A DNA stretch of 64,000 nucleotides, taken from assembly GCA_039795775.1 (NCBI GenBank), contig JBDKLC010000003.1, positions 797-64,796 on the forward strand, in the 5' to 3' direction. This document shows positions 39,541 through 48,612 of the stretch, piece after piece; within the stretch, counting starts at the first letter, position 1, and each line of letters starts with the position of its first letter. The notes beneath the pieces were generated by a model. That model saw nothing but the letters and a program-made list of their open reading frames with translations, did no database searches and was not told where the DNA came from. The position numbers and the translations under genes were made by a program. This stretch comes from Candidatus Parcubacteria bacterium. GTDB taxonomy: Bacteria; Patescibacteriota; Minisyncoccia; Phycocordibacterales; CAIZLB01.

Positions 39541-40128
39541 TTAGTTCTTAGTTAAGTTAGTAAAGCTTGCGTTGATAATGGTTTTTTGAATTTCTTGTTT
39601 TCTTTTAAATATCCGTTCTTGTTCAATAATATTTTCGTGGAGCGCGATGATCGACTTCTGCGTATGGATAGGAGGTATTGGTATTGGGAAGTCCGTGAGG
39701 TTTTTCACAAGGATGCTTTGTATATATGAAGCACCTGTGACTATTTGAGCGAGAGCTTTTTGCCCATCCTGTGAATTGAGATATAGGGATACATACTTCG
39801 GGAGAACGGTAACATCTTTGATTCGGATGACATGAACCGATGATGAGGGCATCACGTTTGTGTTGTCTGAAGCAAAAACAGCAGAACGGAATGACCCAGC
39901 ACCTGAGCCTCTGGAAACGAGTAAAATGTCGTTATGTTCAAGAAAGTAAGGGTTTCTAATGGATTTGTCTGAAACGATAACTAGGTCATTAGTATTCAAA
40001 ATATCTTGATTTATAGCTATATTCTTGGCTTGTAGCACAAAAATAGCGCCTTTTGGGTCGTTTTCGATGGATCCACGGAATGTGTACCCAGAGGCCATGT
40101 CTGCTATTTCGCTCAATTTCTTGTGCAT
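39541..40128 (-). CDS. Half-size HsdS-like protein (single TRD)
   Basis: KLSEIA...SGYTFR, L..NDILLVSRG, YVSLYLNS, IPIPPIHTQKSI; start at M20 of the ORF. Confidence 0.8.
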   Translation of the reverse strand: MHKKLSEIADMASGYTFRGSIENDPKGAIFVLQAKNIAINQDILNTNDLVIVSDKSIRNPYFLEHNDILLVSRGSGAGSFRSAVFASDNTNVMPSSSVHVIRIKDVTVLPKYVSLYLNSQDGQKALAQIVTGASYIQSILVKNLTDFPIPIPPIHTQKSIIALHENIIEQERIFKRKQEIQKTIINASFTNLTKN

Positions 40129-40232
40129 GTAAGGACTATACTGCACTTTACAATAAAATGCAAATTTAGGTCTTTTAGTTACCAACTGGGTCGTCCTAGG
40201 CTCTTAGAGGAGTATGTGTCATTGATTGATGT

Positions 40233-41558
40233 ATGAAGACAATAGATCAAATGCCAGGGGCTATGACTGCCCGAGGAATCATAAGCGAGGTAAAGGTGAA
40301 ATACTGCCTTTATGCGAGAAAATCAACAGAATCAGAGGAACGACAAGTCCTTTCAATAGATAGTCAGATCAAAGAAATGCTCCAGTTAGCAGACCGTGAA
40401 GGGCTTGAGGTGGTCACCATGAAGCGTGAGAGTCATTCAGCAAAGGAAACGGGGCAACGACCAGTCTTCAACGAGATCATCGAGGAACTGCGTGATGGCA
40501 AGTTCAATGGAATTTTGACATGGGCACCTGACCGTATTTCAAGAAACGCAGGAGACCTTGGAAGGATAGTGGATCTAATGGATGCGGGTAAGCTTCAAGA
40601 AATCAGGACTTTCGGGCAGAAGTTCGGGAACAACCCAAACGAGAAATTCTTGCTGATGATTCTCGGATCACAAGCAAAGCTCGAGAATGATAATAGAGGT
40701 ATCAACGTGAAGCGAGGATTGCGAACAAGGGTGGAGATGGGGCTGTGGCCAGGAGTGGCACCTCTTGGGTATCTCAACCAAAGAAATATCGACAAGAAGT
40801 GTCAACTTGTAGTTGATGAGCTACGTGCACCGCTGGTAAAAAAAATATTTGAAAGGGTCGCATATGAGAAATTAAGTGGAAGAAAGATATACAATTGGCT
40901 TCGATTCGAAGCCAATTTCTATACACGAGGAAACAAACCACTTACACTCGGGGGTGTATACAGGATATTGGAAAATCCCTTCTATTATGGAATGTTCGAA
41001 TATCCAAAAGATAGTGGTAATTGGTATCAAGGAAAACATGAATCAATAATCACAAAGGAATTATTCGATGAAGCACAGTCACAGCTGAAGCGAGATAATA
41101 TACAAAGAGAAAATAAAGAATTCGCATTTACCAAACTCTTCACATGTGGATACTGTGCGAGTGGAATTTCCGCAGAAGAAAAATGGAAACAATTAAAAGA
41201 TGGTACGCATGCGAAATACATTTACTACTCATGTGCAAGATCGAGGGATAGGAATTGTAAGAATCAATATATCCGAGAGGAAGATCTGATCGTCGAGATG
41301 CTGAAGATACTCGATAAAGTAAATATTAATGAGCTTGGCATGAGACAGAAATTAGAGGACGAAATCGCTCGATTCAATATCTTCCAAAGATCAGTACTTG
41401 GGAGCACAGACAAGATTGGTAATAGAAAAGATACCGACATACGAAATTATGCAAAGTACATACTAAAAGAGGGTGCGGTGACAGAGAAGCGAGAGTTACT
41501 TGCGAATTTGCGGAGCAAGATTATATATAAGGATAAGGTTCTAACTTTGATAGATTAG
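40233..41558 (+). CDS. Large serine recombinase (integrase)
   Basis: YARKSTE catalytic Ser, DRISRN, APLGY, NPFYYG recombinase domain, CGYC..YYSC..C zinc ribbon. Confidence 0.95.
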   Translation: MKTIDQMPGAMTARGIISEVKVKYCLYARKSTESEERQVLSIDSQIKEMLQLADREGLEVVTMKRESHSAKETGQRPVFNEIIEELRDGKFNGILTWAPDRISRNAGDLGRIVDLMDAGKLQEIRTFGQKFGNNPNEKFLLMILGSQAKLENDNRGINVKRGLRTRVEMGLWPGVAPLGYLNQRNIDKKCQLVVDELRAPLVKKIFERVAYEKLSGRKIYNWLRFEANFYTRGNKPLTLGGVYRILENPFYYGMFEYPKDSGNWYQGKHESIITKELFDEAQSQLKRDNIQRENKEFAFTKLFTCGYCASGISAEEKWKQLKDGTHAKYIYYSCARSRDRNCKNQYIREEDLIVEMLKILDKVNINELGMRQKLEDEIARFNIFQRSVLGSTDKIGNRKDTDIRNYAKYILKEGAVTEKRELLANLRSKIIYKDKVLTLID

Positions 41559-42793
41559 CGTTTATTTCTATCCTTATATTTTTTCTTTCGTAGGCCTAAG
41601 TGATACTTATGAAATTCATCATCATCTCGTTCCTTTTCAATTTCAATATGTTGCATACAACGACCTCGGCGATATGGACCAAATAATTCTGCAAACTCTC
41701 CTTGAAACCAAGGGAGGGTTTGATGCTCGGTACCTTTATTTGTTTCTGATTCAAAATCTGGATCTCCAGGCAATCTTCCATATTCATCCATTGCTCCAGA
41801 ACCACCTGGGCCACCACCCCACATTATTGTCCCGCCCCAATGAATAGCTCTCGGATCAGGCATCAATAAATAACCATGACCATAGGTGTTCCAATTTGAT
41901 TTTGATACAAATTTCTCTGGATAGAGCCATTCCTTTTTTGCTGCGGCAATATAGCGATTCGCTCTGCTCTTAATAATGAAATTAATTTCGCGTACTTCCT
42001 GTTCACTTAAATATCGACGCACTTGAATATCTGTAAATTTAAATATTGCACCTCGAAAAGGATTCGGGTTGGGTCTTACGTTAGTTGCAGGCTGATATGG
42101 ATTTCTAACCCAAGAAAGATTTGTAAGTATTAAGATCTTATCTAAAGATAGAGGAAAGATTGTGTGAGTTCCTTGTAACCAGATGGCAGGATCATTTGAT
42201 TCTCTACACTGTTGTGATCGAGGACCGCATTCTCGATTGTAAACAGTGACAGGGTGATCTGAAATAATAAATTTAGTATCTGATTTTGATGCATCCGCTA
42301 TTAACCAAACGCATTCAGTCCACAAAGCACAGTGTATTCTTCCTAGTTTAAGCATACTTCGTAAAATATCGTCTTTATTTGTACTTTCTATTTCTTTACT
42401 CAGCCATGTCAAACCTTTTGGTGTTCGAAGTTTTTGAGTACTCATGTAGTTCATGATGTCTTCAAATGAATTACGCCAATCTGTTAGTGGGTAATCAAAT
42501 TTTTCAAAATACTCAACAGCAGGCTTTCCTTTAGTATCAATTTGCCCAAAGAAATGTTTTTCAATATCTTTTGGTTGTATCCCTGTAATCTTCGTTGTAT
42601 ACAAATCTTCTTCAACAAAACACTTTTTACTACCTTGTCTCCATAGGGATTGCTTATCGTGCTTAATACCTCTCGGGTCTATAAAATAACCTGGTTTCAT
42701 GTCTAGGTAGAAAAGTTCCGACTCCTCGGGGAGCATAAACTTTTTTTGGTACCATTGAGGTACATAATGATGGTTTTTATAGTCGTCACTCAT
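41555..42793 (-). CDS. DUF4238-like protein
   Basis: N-terminal HHYVPQWYQKKF, DLYT, QKLRTP, FIISDHPV, FPLS. Confidence 0.75.
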   Translation of the reverse strand: MSDDYKNHHYVPQWYQKKFMLPEESELFYLDMKPGYFIDPRGIKHDKQSLWRQGSKKCFVEEDLYTTKITGIQPKDIEKHFFGQIDTKGKPAVEYFEKFDYPLTDWRNSFEDIMNYMSTQKLRTPKGLTWLSKEIESTNKDDILRSMLKLGRIHCALWTECVWLIADASKSDTKFIISDHPVTVYNRECGPRSQQCRESNDPAIWLQGTHTIFPLSLDKILILTNLSWVRNPYQPATNVRPNPNPFRGAIFKFTDIQVRRYLSEQEVREINFIIKSRANRYIAAAKKEWLYPEKFVSKSNWNTYGHGYLLMPDPRAIHWGGTIMWGGGPGGSGAMDEYGRLPGDPDFESETNKGTEHQTLPWFQGEFAELFGPYRRGRCMQHIEIEKERDDDEFHKYHLGLRKKKYKDRNKR

Positions 42794-42921
42794 GGTTTGA
42801 TTTTAGCAGTTTTACACAAACAAAAACACACGATTTAATTCGTGTGTTTTTGAATCATTCTATGTATGTAGGTCGCATCACTTACTCATGCAAGTGAGTT
42901 GACGCCGATACTAAAATGTCT

Positions 42922-43011
42922 TGGCGGAGGAGGTGAGATTCGAACTCACGGGACCCTTGCGAGCCCTCCTGTTTTCAAGACAGGTGCAATCGACCACTCT
43001 GCCACTCCTCC
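42922..43011 (-). tRNA. tRNA-Ser(TGA)
   Basis: GGAGGAGTGGCAGAGTGG..CCTGT-CT-TGA-AA-ACAGG, long variable arm, encoded CCA. Confidence 0.96.
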
Positions 43012-43143
43012 GTCGGCTATCCTACCAAAAAGCTGGAAGAAAAACAAATATTTGGCCTCTGACATACTTTAGACTTGGACAAGATGCCTCCTGTGTTGCA
43101 TAAATCCCTCTCAGCGGTCCATCATGCTACAATGGTAAGTCAA

Positions 43144-43653
43144 ATGAAATACCTCGGTATTGATTACGGAAAAAAGAAAATTGGCATTGCGTTTTCAGAC
43201 GAAACTGGTAAATATGCCTTTCCGGAGACAGTTCTCTTGAACGAAAAGACAACAGCCGGCACTCCTGCCGACAAAATTATGAAGATTTGTGCAGATAATG
43301 GCATTACGACTGTTATTGTTGGCGAATCAAAGGATTTTAAGGGGAAAGACAACCGTATTATGGGAATGGTTCGTGAGTTTGTAGAACTCCTCCGGGCGAA
43401 GCAATTAGAAGTTATATATGAGCCAGAAGTTATGAGTACTATCCAGGCTGAGCGTATTCAAGGAATCAAAGACGATATTGATGCTTCAGCTGCGGCAGTT
43501 ATCCTCCAAAGCTATCTCGACAGGCAGAAGTTTAAGAATGAAGTGCAAAAGCCGGTAGTAGACAAATACACAATGATTGACGATAGTATAGAGAGTGAAC
43601 GAACTATGGATGATTCAGATATTGATGACCCATTGGATACAAAAGACGAATAG
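43144..43653 (+). CDS. ruvX: YqgF/RuvX family nuclease
   Basis: YLGIDYGKKKIGIAFSD, E.MST, IDASAAAVILQSYL. Confidence 0.9.
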   Translation: MKYLGIDYGKKKIGIAFSDETGKYAFPETVLLNEKTTAGTPADKIMKICADNGITTVIVGESKDFKGKDNRIMGMVREFVELLRAKQLEVIYEPEVMSTIQAERIQGIKDDIDASAAAVILQSYLDRQKFKNEVQKPVVDKYTMIDDSIESERTMDDSDIDDPLDTKDE

Positions 43654-43695
43654 AAGTTTTAATAAAAATTGAGATATATTTAATCACACATACAT

Positions 43696-44022
43696 ATGAT
43701 TACTATTGATGACGTAAAGAAGGTAGAAATAAAAATAGGGAAGATCCTTTCTGCAGAAAAAGTAGAAGGTTCTGATAAGTTACTTAAACTTTCTGTTGAT
43801 TTCGGAGAAGAAACTCCACGACAGGTGCTTTCAGGAATTGGAAAAACATTTACAGAACCGACTGAACTCGTTGGTTCATCATTTCCGTTTGTTACAAACC
43901 TTGAACCACGAGCTATTATGGGTATGGAAAGTCAGGCGATGATCTTCGCAGCTTCACACGAAGGAACACTCGCACTTCTTAGACCAACAACAGAAGTACC
44001 ACCTGGGACAAAACTCTCGTAG
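43696..44022 (+). CDS. tRNA-binding OB-fold protein (MetRS C-terminal/Trbp111-like)
   Basis: ITIDD..KVEIKIG, SDKLLKL.VDFG, NLEPR..MG.ESQAM. Confidence 0.9.
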   Translation: MITIDDVKKVEIKIGKILSAEKVEGSDKLLKLSVDFGEETPRQVLSGIGKTFTEPTELVGSSFPFVTNLEPRAIMGMESQAMIFAASHEGTLALLRPTTEVPPGTKLS

Positions 44023-44059
44023 ACGACTGCGCAGTGTGATAAGATAATTGTATCTTCAC

Positions 44060-45154
44060 ATGAGTTTTCTTGAAAACATTTTTAAGCATTTTCCTACTCC
44101 AGAATTTTTGAGTATGTCTCATGTTGGTGTTGATATTTCACCAACAGCTATTCGATTCATTGGACTCAAGCGAACTACTCACGGACTTGCTCTTGCTGGA
44201 TTTGGTGAACAGCTTCTCCTAACTGTCACAAAAGACTTTGACAACATTCATGCAAATGCCGATGTTGTTGCTGCACTCAAGAAATTACAACGAACACACA
44301 AACTTTCTTTTGTAGAAGTTTCTATTCCTGAAGAAAAAGCATATCTCTTCACTACAGATGTACCAGTGGGGGATGATGCATCAATCCGAAATAACATTGA
44401 GTTTCACCTCGAAGAAAACGTTCCGATCTCACTTTCGGATGCGTTGTTTGAGTATTACATCATCAACAAAAACGAAAAGACAAATATGCTGCATGTTGCG
44501 GTATCGGTACTGCCTGTGGCAGTAGCCGAAGACTATATTGAGCTTTTTACATCATGCGGAATGACTCCTGTATCTTTCCTTATTGAAAACCAAGCATTAT
44601 CAAAAGCTATTATTAAGAAAGGCGATCCAAACTCATACCTCGTCGTGAACCTTGGTTTTGAAAAAACTGTACTTTCTGTTGTGAGTGATGATGCTGTGCA
44701 GTTTACTTCTACTGTACATATTGGAAGTGAAGATTTTACACAAGCCATCATGAAAGAATTCAATGTGTCTGAACAAGAAGCTGAGAAAATTAAATTTGAA
44801 AAAGGATTTTCTCGAAGTAAAGATAACGAGTCGTTGTTCCTTTCACTTATCAATACCGTCTCTGCTCTCAAAGACGAGATCAATCGTATTTACGTATACT
44901 GGCAGGCATATCAAGAAAAAGTAAAAGCTCAACGAACAATTAATTCAATCAACCACGTTATTCTTGCGGGGAAGGACTCAACACTTATTGGCTTCCGCGA
45001 TTACATTGCTATGTCACTCAAGGTCGATGTGGAATTGGCGAATGTGTGGTTGAACGTAATGTCATTTGATAATGAGATTCCACCAATTGAATATCTTGAA
45101 TCTCTCAACTACGGAACTGCTATTGGTCTTGCTCTTCCAAAAAAATTAAAATAA
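44060..45154 (+). CDS. pilM: Type IV pilus assembly protein PilM
   Basis: GVDIS, actin-like fold, F..AI...FNVSEQEAEKIK, ILAG, AIGLAL C-terminus. Confidence 0.85.
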   Translation: MSFLENIFKHFPTPEFLSMSHVGVDISPTAIRFIGLKRTTHGLALAGFGEQLLLTVTKDFDNIHANADVVAALKKLQRTHKLSFVEVSIPEEKAYLFTTDVPVGDDASIRNNIEFHLEENVPISLSDALFEYYIINKNEKTNMLHVAVSVLPVAVAEDYIELFTSCGMTPVSFLIENQALSKAIIKKGDPNSYLVVNLGFEKTVLSVVSDDAVQFTSTVHIGSEDFTQAIMKEFNVSEQEAEKIKFEKGFSRSKDNESLFLSLINTVSALKDEINRIYVYWQAYQEKVKAQRTINSINHVILAGKDSTLIGFRDYIAMSLKVDVELANVWLNVMSFDNEIPPIEYLESLNYGTAIGLALPKKLK

Positions 45155-45158
45155 TACA

Positions 45159-45722
45159 ATGCTGCACTTACTCCCAGAACAACAAAAGAAAACTGTACTT
45201 TCCGAATATCGAAAGCGTCTTTCTATTGTTACAGCTATTTCTTTGAGCTGTATTGGTGTTGTGGGTATCATGCTTCTCATTCCTTCATATATTTATTCTC
45301 AAGAGCACTTCAATGAAGTAAAAAAAGTAAAAACAGCTTTGGTAGATGCCCTCGAAAAACAAACAGGGGATAAGACAGCAGAAACAGTAAAGAACATCAC
45401 AGAAAATATCGCAGCTCTTCAGCCGCTTGGTTCAACTGAGTTACCAAGTTATGTAATCGACAGAGTAATAAGCCGTGCATCAAGTGGAATCAAGATTATG
45501 CAGTATGCATATAAGCTTGAAGTAAATAATACATTGAGTTTTTTAGTCGTTGGTCGAGCTGACACTCGAAATGATTTAACACAGTTTATTAAAGTCTTGC
45601 AGGGAGATCCGTACTTTGAAGGAGCCAAATTACCACTTTCAAGTTTTACAAGAGAAAGAAATATTGATTTTCAATTTTTAATGAATGTAAAAGGTGTAGC
45701 GTCTAGCTCAACCTCACAATAA
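45159..45722 (+). CDS. pilN: PilN-like protein
   Basis: HLLP (NLLP-like) N-terminus, TM, coiled coil, G.A..R..L..F; follows pilM. Confidence 0.75.
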   Translation: MLHLLPEQQKKTVLSEYRKRLSIVTAISLSCIGVVGIMLLIPSYIYSQEHFNEVKKVKTALVDALEKQTGDKTAETVKNITENIAALQPLGSTELPSYVIDRVISRASSGIKIMQYAYKLEVNNTLSFLVVGRADTRNDLTQFIKVLQGDPYFEGAKLPLSSFTRERNIDFQFLMNVKGVASSSTSQ

Positions 45723-45723
45723 T

Positions 45724-46272
45724 ATGCGAAGCAGCAGCACAAAAATTCTCATACTCGTTGTCCTTATAACACTCGCTGTGTTTGGCGGTTTCTATTTTGT
45801 CATTCATCGCATCAAAGCAATGAATGCAGCGGCAGATGTATTAAAGTCTGAAGTGGTAGATGCTCAAGTTCGTACCCTAAAGAATGAGTCACTTCGACAA
45901 GTAGCAATCTCTGGAGCTGATGAACTTGGTAAAATTGAAAAATATATTATTGAAGATGGAAAAGAAGTAGATGTCGTACAGCAGATTGAAGGTATAGCCG
46001 CAGCATCTGGACTCACATACAACACGGATCTTATTGCTGCAAAAGAATCTGCAACACTTACACCACAAAAGAAAGAACTCCTTACTATTTCAATTTCAAC
46101 AGTAGGTACTTGGAAAAATACAAGAAAGTTTTTAACCCTCATTGAAAATCTTCCATACAATGTAAAAATTGATTTTGCTGATTTGTCATTAAGATCAGGT
46201 GACGGAACACAAGAAGCGGGGGAATGGGCAGCAAAGTTTGAATTTTCGCTCGTAAAGAAAAAAGCACAATAA
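45724..46272 (+). CDS. pilO: PilO-like protein
   Basis: TM, coiled coil, GTW....KFL..IENLPY; third gene of the pilMNO cluster. Confidence 0.7.
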   Translation: MRSSSTKILILVVLITLAVFGGFYFVIHRIKAMNAAADVLKSEVVDAQVRTLKNESLRQVAISGADELGKIEKYIIEDGKEVDVVQQIEGIAAASGLTYNTDLIAAKESATLTPQKKELLTISISTVGTWKNTRKFLTLIENLPYNVKIDFADLSLRSGDGTQEAGEWAAKFEFSLVKKKAQ

Positions 46273-46276
46273 ATAT

Positions 46277-46651
46277 ATGACTGACTTAAAAGATAAATTG
46301 AAACACATATATGTATTTGGAAAGTTCGCTGAAAAAGATTGGCGAAGAGTTCTTATACTCTGTTTCTGCCTTTCAATTATTCTTATTGTATGGAGTACTC
46401 TATTTTTCCTTCATGTTCAATCTGCTACTGATTCAGTAAACCTCGTCATTGGCTCTACAAAAACACTTTCGGGAAGAACAAAAGGTGATGAACTCAAAGA
46501 ACTTGTTTCTCGATATGAACAAAAAGCAGATACATTCAAACGGATTTATGGTTCATCATTGATTCCAAAATCTTCATCTACGCTCACGGCTAGTTCGAGT
46601 GCGAATTCAAACGCAACGACAAGTTCAAGTTCTGTTGACCGTGCTCGTTAG
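46277..46651 (+). CDS. Hypothetical membrane-anchored protein in pilMNO operon
   Basis: Single TM and Ser-rich tail; occupies the PilP position. Confidence 0.55.
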   Translation: MTDLKDKLKHIYVFGKFAEKDWRRVLILCFCLSIILIVWSTLFFLHVQSATDSVNLVIGSTKTLSGRTKGDELKELVSRYEQKADTFKRIYGSSLIPKSSSTLTASSSANSNATTSSSSVDRAR

Positions 46652-46686
46652 TTTCTGTTATGCTCGGTGAGCGATGGCGCTCAATT

Positions 46687-46758
46687 GCCCCTGTAGTTCA
46701 ATGGATAGAACTGCGGACTTCTAAGCCGTCAATGTTGGTTCGATTCCAACCGGGGGCA
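46687..46758 (+). tRNA. tRNA-Arg(TCT)
   Basis: GCCCCTGTAGTTCAATGGATAGAAC..CT-TCT-AA..GGTTCGATTCC..CGGGGGCA. Confidence 0.93.
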
Positions 46759-46802
46759 CAAAATATAAAAAGGTATGAACTGCTGCATACTTTTTTTATT
46801 TT

Positions 46803-46898
46803 GTGCCAGCCGGAGCTATGTTTTCTTAGCAAAGAAAACGAGCGAGGCGGGCCCGAGGAAGTTTTTGAGCGACGGCGAAAAAACTATCCGTGGGCACA
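46803..46898 (+). repeat. tRNA-associated structured repeat element, copy 2
   Basis: GTGCC-AGCCGGAGC-hairpin-GCGAGGCGGG-CCCG-hairpin-CGTGGGCACA. Confidence 0.65.
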
Positions 46899-46936
46899 TA
46901 AAAAAAAGACTGCAGCAATGCAGTCTTTTTTCTTTT

Positions 46937-47012
46937 TGGTGGGAGATACAGGACTCGAACCTGTGACCTTCCCGGTGTAAACGGGTTGCTCTACCAACTG
47001 AGCTAATCTCCC
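46937..47012 (-). tRNA. tRNA-Val(TAC)
   Basis: GGGAGATTAGCTCAGTTGGTAGAGC..TT-TAC-AC..GGTTCGAGTCC..TCTCCCACCA. Confidence 0.96.
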
Positions 47013-47158
47013 AAACGATGTTTTGTCTCTTTTTGACTATCATTCAGCCCTCCGTGGCAACAAACTGAATACGGGCATCATAAACTATTTTTGAAATACT
47101 TTCAACGTCTAAGCCAGAATAATCAAGAAAATGCCAAAACGTGTGCTATAGTACCGCC

Positions 47159-47902
47159 ATGACACCTGAAATACTCTTTGAGAACGACGACTTCCTCGCA
47201 ATCAACAAACCTGCTGGTTTGGTTGTTCACCCTGACGGTAGAAGTACAGAACCCACACTTTCTGACTGGGTTTTGGCCAATTATCCGCAGACAAAGTTCG
47301 TTGGTGATCCTATCAAAATGCCTAACGGCACACTTCTCTATAGACCAGGCATTGTGCACCGACTCGACAAAGAGACATCAGGAGTAATGATTATTGCAAA
47401 AACTCAAAAATCATTCGATTTCTTCAAACAGCAGTTCATGGAACGAGAAGTACGAAAGATGTATAACGCCTTCGTGTGGGGGATTATAAAAGAGGATAAG
47501 GGCAAAATTGAACGACCAATTGGCCGAAGTAAGACAGATTTCCGAAAATGGTCGGCTGAACGGCACGCCCGAGGAGAACTCAGAGAGGCTATTACTGAAT
47601 ACATTGTAGTGTCACGAAAGCAGGCAGATCATATTTCAGGAAAAATCCCTAAAAACTTCACATACCTTGAGGTATATCCTAAAACTGGCCGTACACACCA
47701 GATTCGAGTGCATTTTAAGGCTGTAAACCACCCTGTAGTGGCCGATTCGCTCTACGCAGAGAACCACCCAAAGGAGCTCGGATTCAACCGTGTAGCCCTC
47801 CATGCACGTACTATAGAGATAGAGGCACCAGACGGTCAGATGCACATGTTTGAGGCCCCATTACCAGAGGATTTCAAAAAAGCCTTAGCTAGCTTCTCAT
47901 AA
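47159..47902 (+). CDS. RluA/RluD family pseudouridine synthase
   Basis: INKPAGLVVHP, HRLDKETSG, TGRTHQIRVH, LHA. Confidence 0.95.
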   Translation: MTPEILFENDDFLAINKPAGLVVHPDGRSTEPTLSDWVLANYPQTKFVGDPIKMPNGTLLYRPGIVHRLDKETSGVMIIAKTQKSFDFFKQQFMEREVRKMYNAFVWGIIKEDKGKIERPIGRSKTDFRKWSAERHARGELREAITEYIVVSRKQADHISGKIPKNFTYLEVYPKTGRTHQIRVHFKAVNHPVVADSLYAENHPKELGFNRVALHARTIEIEAPDGQMHMFEAPLPEDFKKALASFS

Positions 47903-47942
47903 TCTTTGACTTATAAGATAAGTTTTGTTATATTGCAGGGCC

Positions 47943-48425
47943 ATGGCAGCAATCAAAGGAACAACTCAAAATAAAGGTGGTACAGCTCCACGATCTACAA
48001 AAGTAACTATTGCTAAGATCGACAAAAACTCTCGAGCAAATTTCGATATGAAATCGGGAGACACTGTGCGAGTACACCTCAAAATTCAGGAAAAAGGTAA
48101 GACACGACTTCAGGTTTTTGAAGGTCTTGTACTTGCTCGAAAGCACGGTAACGAAGCCGGAGCTACATTTACAGTACGAAAAGTATCTAACGGATACGGA
48201 GTAGAACGAATCTTCCCATTGTACTCACCATCAATCGACAAGATTGAAATTACAAAGCGAGCACAGGTTCGACGAGCTAAGCTTTACTACATCCGAGACA
48301 AAGCAGCTAAGGAAATCAGTAAGCGAATGAAAATGGAGATGATGAAATCTGATACTAATGACTTCAAAGAAGCCGTAGTAGAAGAAGCTCCAGCAGAAGC
48401 CGCTCCTGCAGAAGTTACAGCCTAA
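47943..48425 (+). CDS. rplS: 50S ribosomal protein L19
   Basis: [38 protein letters not shown]. Confidence 0.96.
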   Translation: MAAIKGTTQNKGGTAPRSTKVTIAKIDKNSRANFDMKSGDTVRVHLKIQEKGKTRLQVFEGLVLARKHGNEAGATFTVRKVSNGYGVERIFPLYSPSIDKIEITKRAQVRRAKLYYIRDKAAKEISKRMKMEMMKSDTNDFKEAVVEEAPAEAAPAEVTA

Positions 48426-48528
48426 CCTCTAGAAAAGTCCCCGAAAGGGGATTTTTTCTTTTATATTTCCCTCGGATGTGTGTGTTGCTATTGAAAAAAG
48501 TCTAATAACTGCTATAGTATCCCCACAT

Positions 48529-48612
48529 GCGCAGGTGGCGAAACTGGTAGACGCACTACCTTGAGGTGGTAGCGCCCGCAAGGGTATGGAAGTTCAAGTC
48601 TTCTCCTGCGCA
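48529..48612 (+). tRNA. tRNA-Leu(GAG)
   Basis: GCGCAGGTGGCGAAACTGGTAGACGC CTACC-TT-GAG-GT-GGTAG, long variable arm. Confidence 0.94.

Larger units (their letters stand above)
27271..42899. mobile_element. Integrative element / defence island downstream of tRNA-Ser with large serine recombinase
   Basis: Recombinase, R-M, Shedu and ParB-MTase cargo; 10 bp direct repeat GCAAGTGAGT at 27271 and 42890; next to the tRNA-Ser 3' end; boundaries approximate. Confidence 0.75.

Noticed and set aside
27271-42899. Complete prophage or conjugative ICE
   Set aside because: No capsid, portal, terminase large subunit, tail, relaxase or T4SS genes
46660-47043. ORFs 46660-46980, 46775-46966 and 46816-47043 (likewise 21592-21786, 42921-43103, 27004-27249)
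   Set aside because: They overlap tRNAs, terminators or the repeat element and are translations of non-coding sequence
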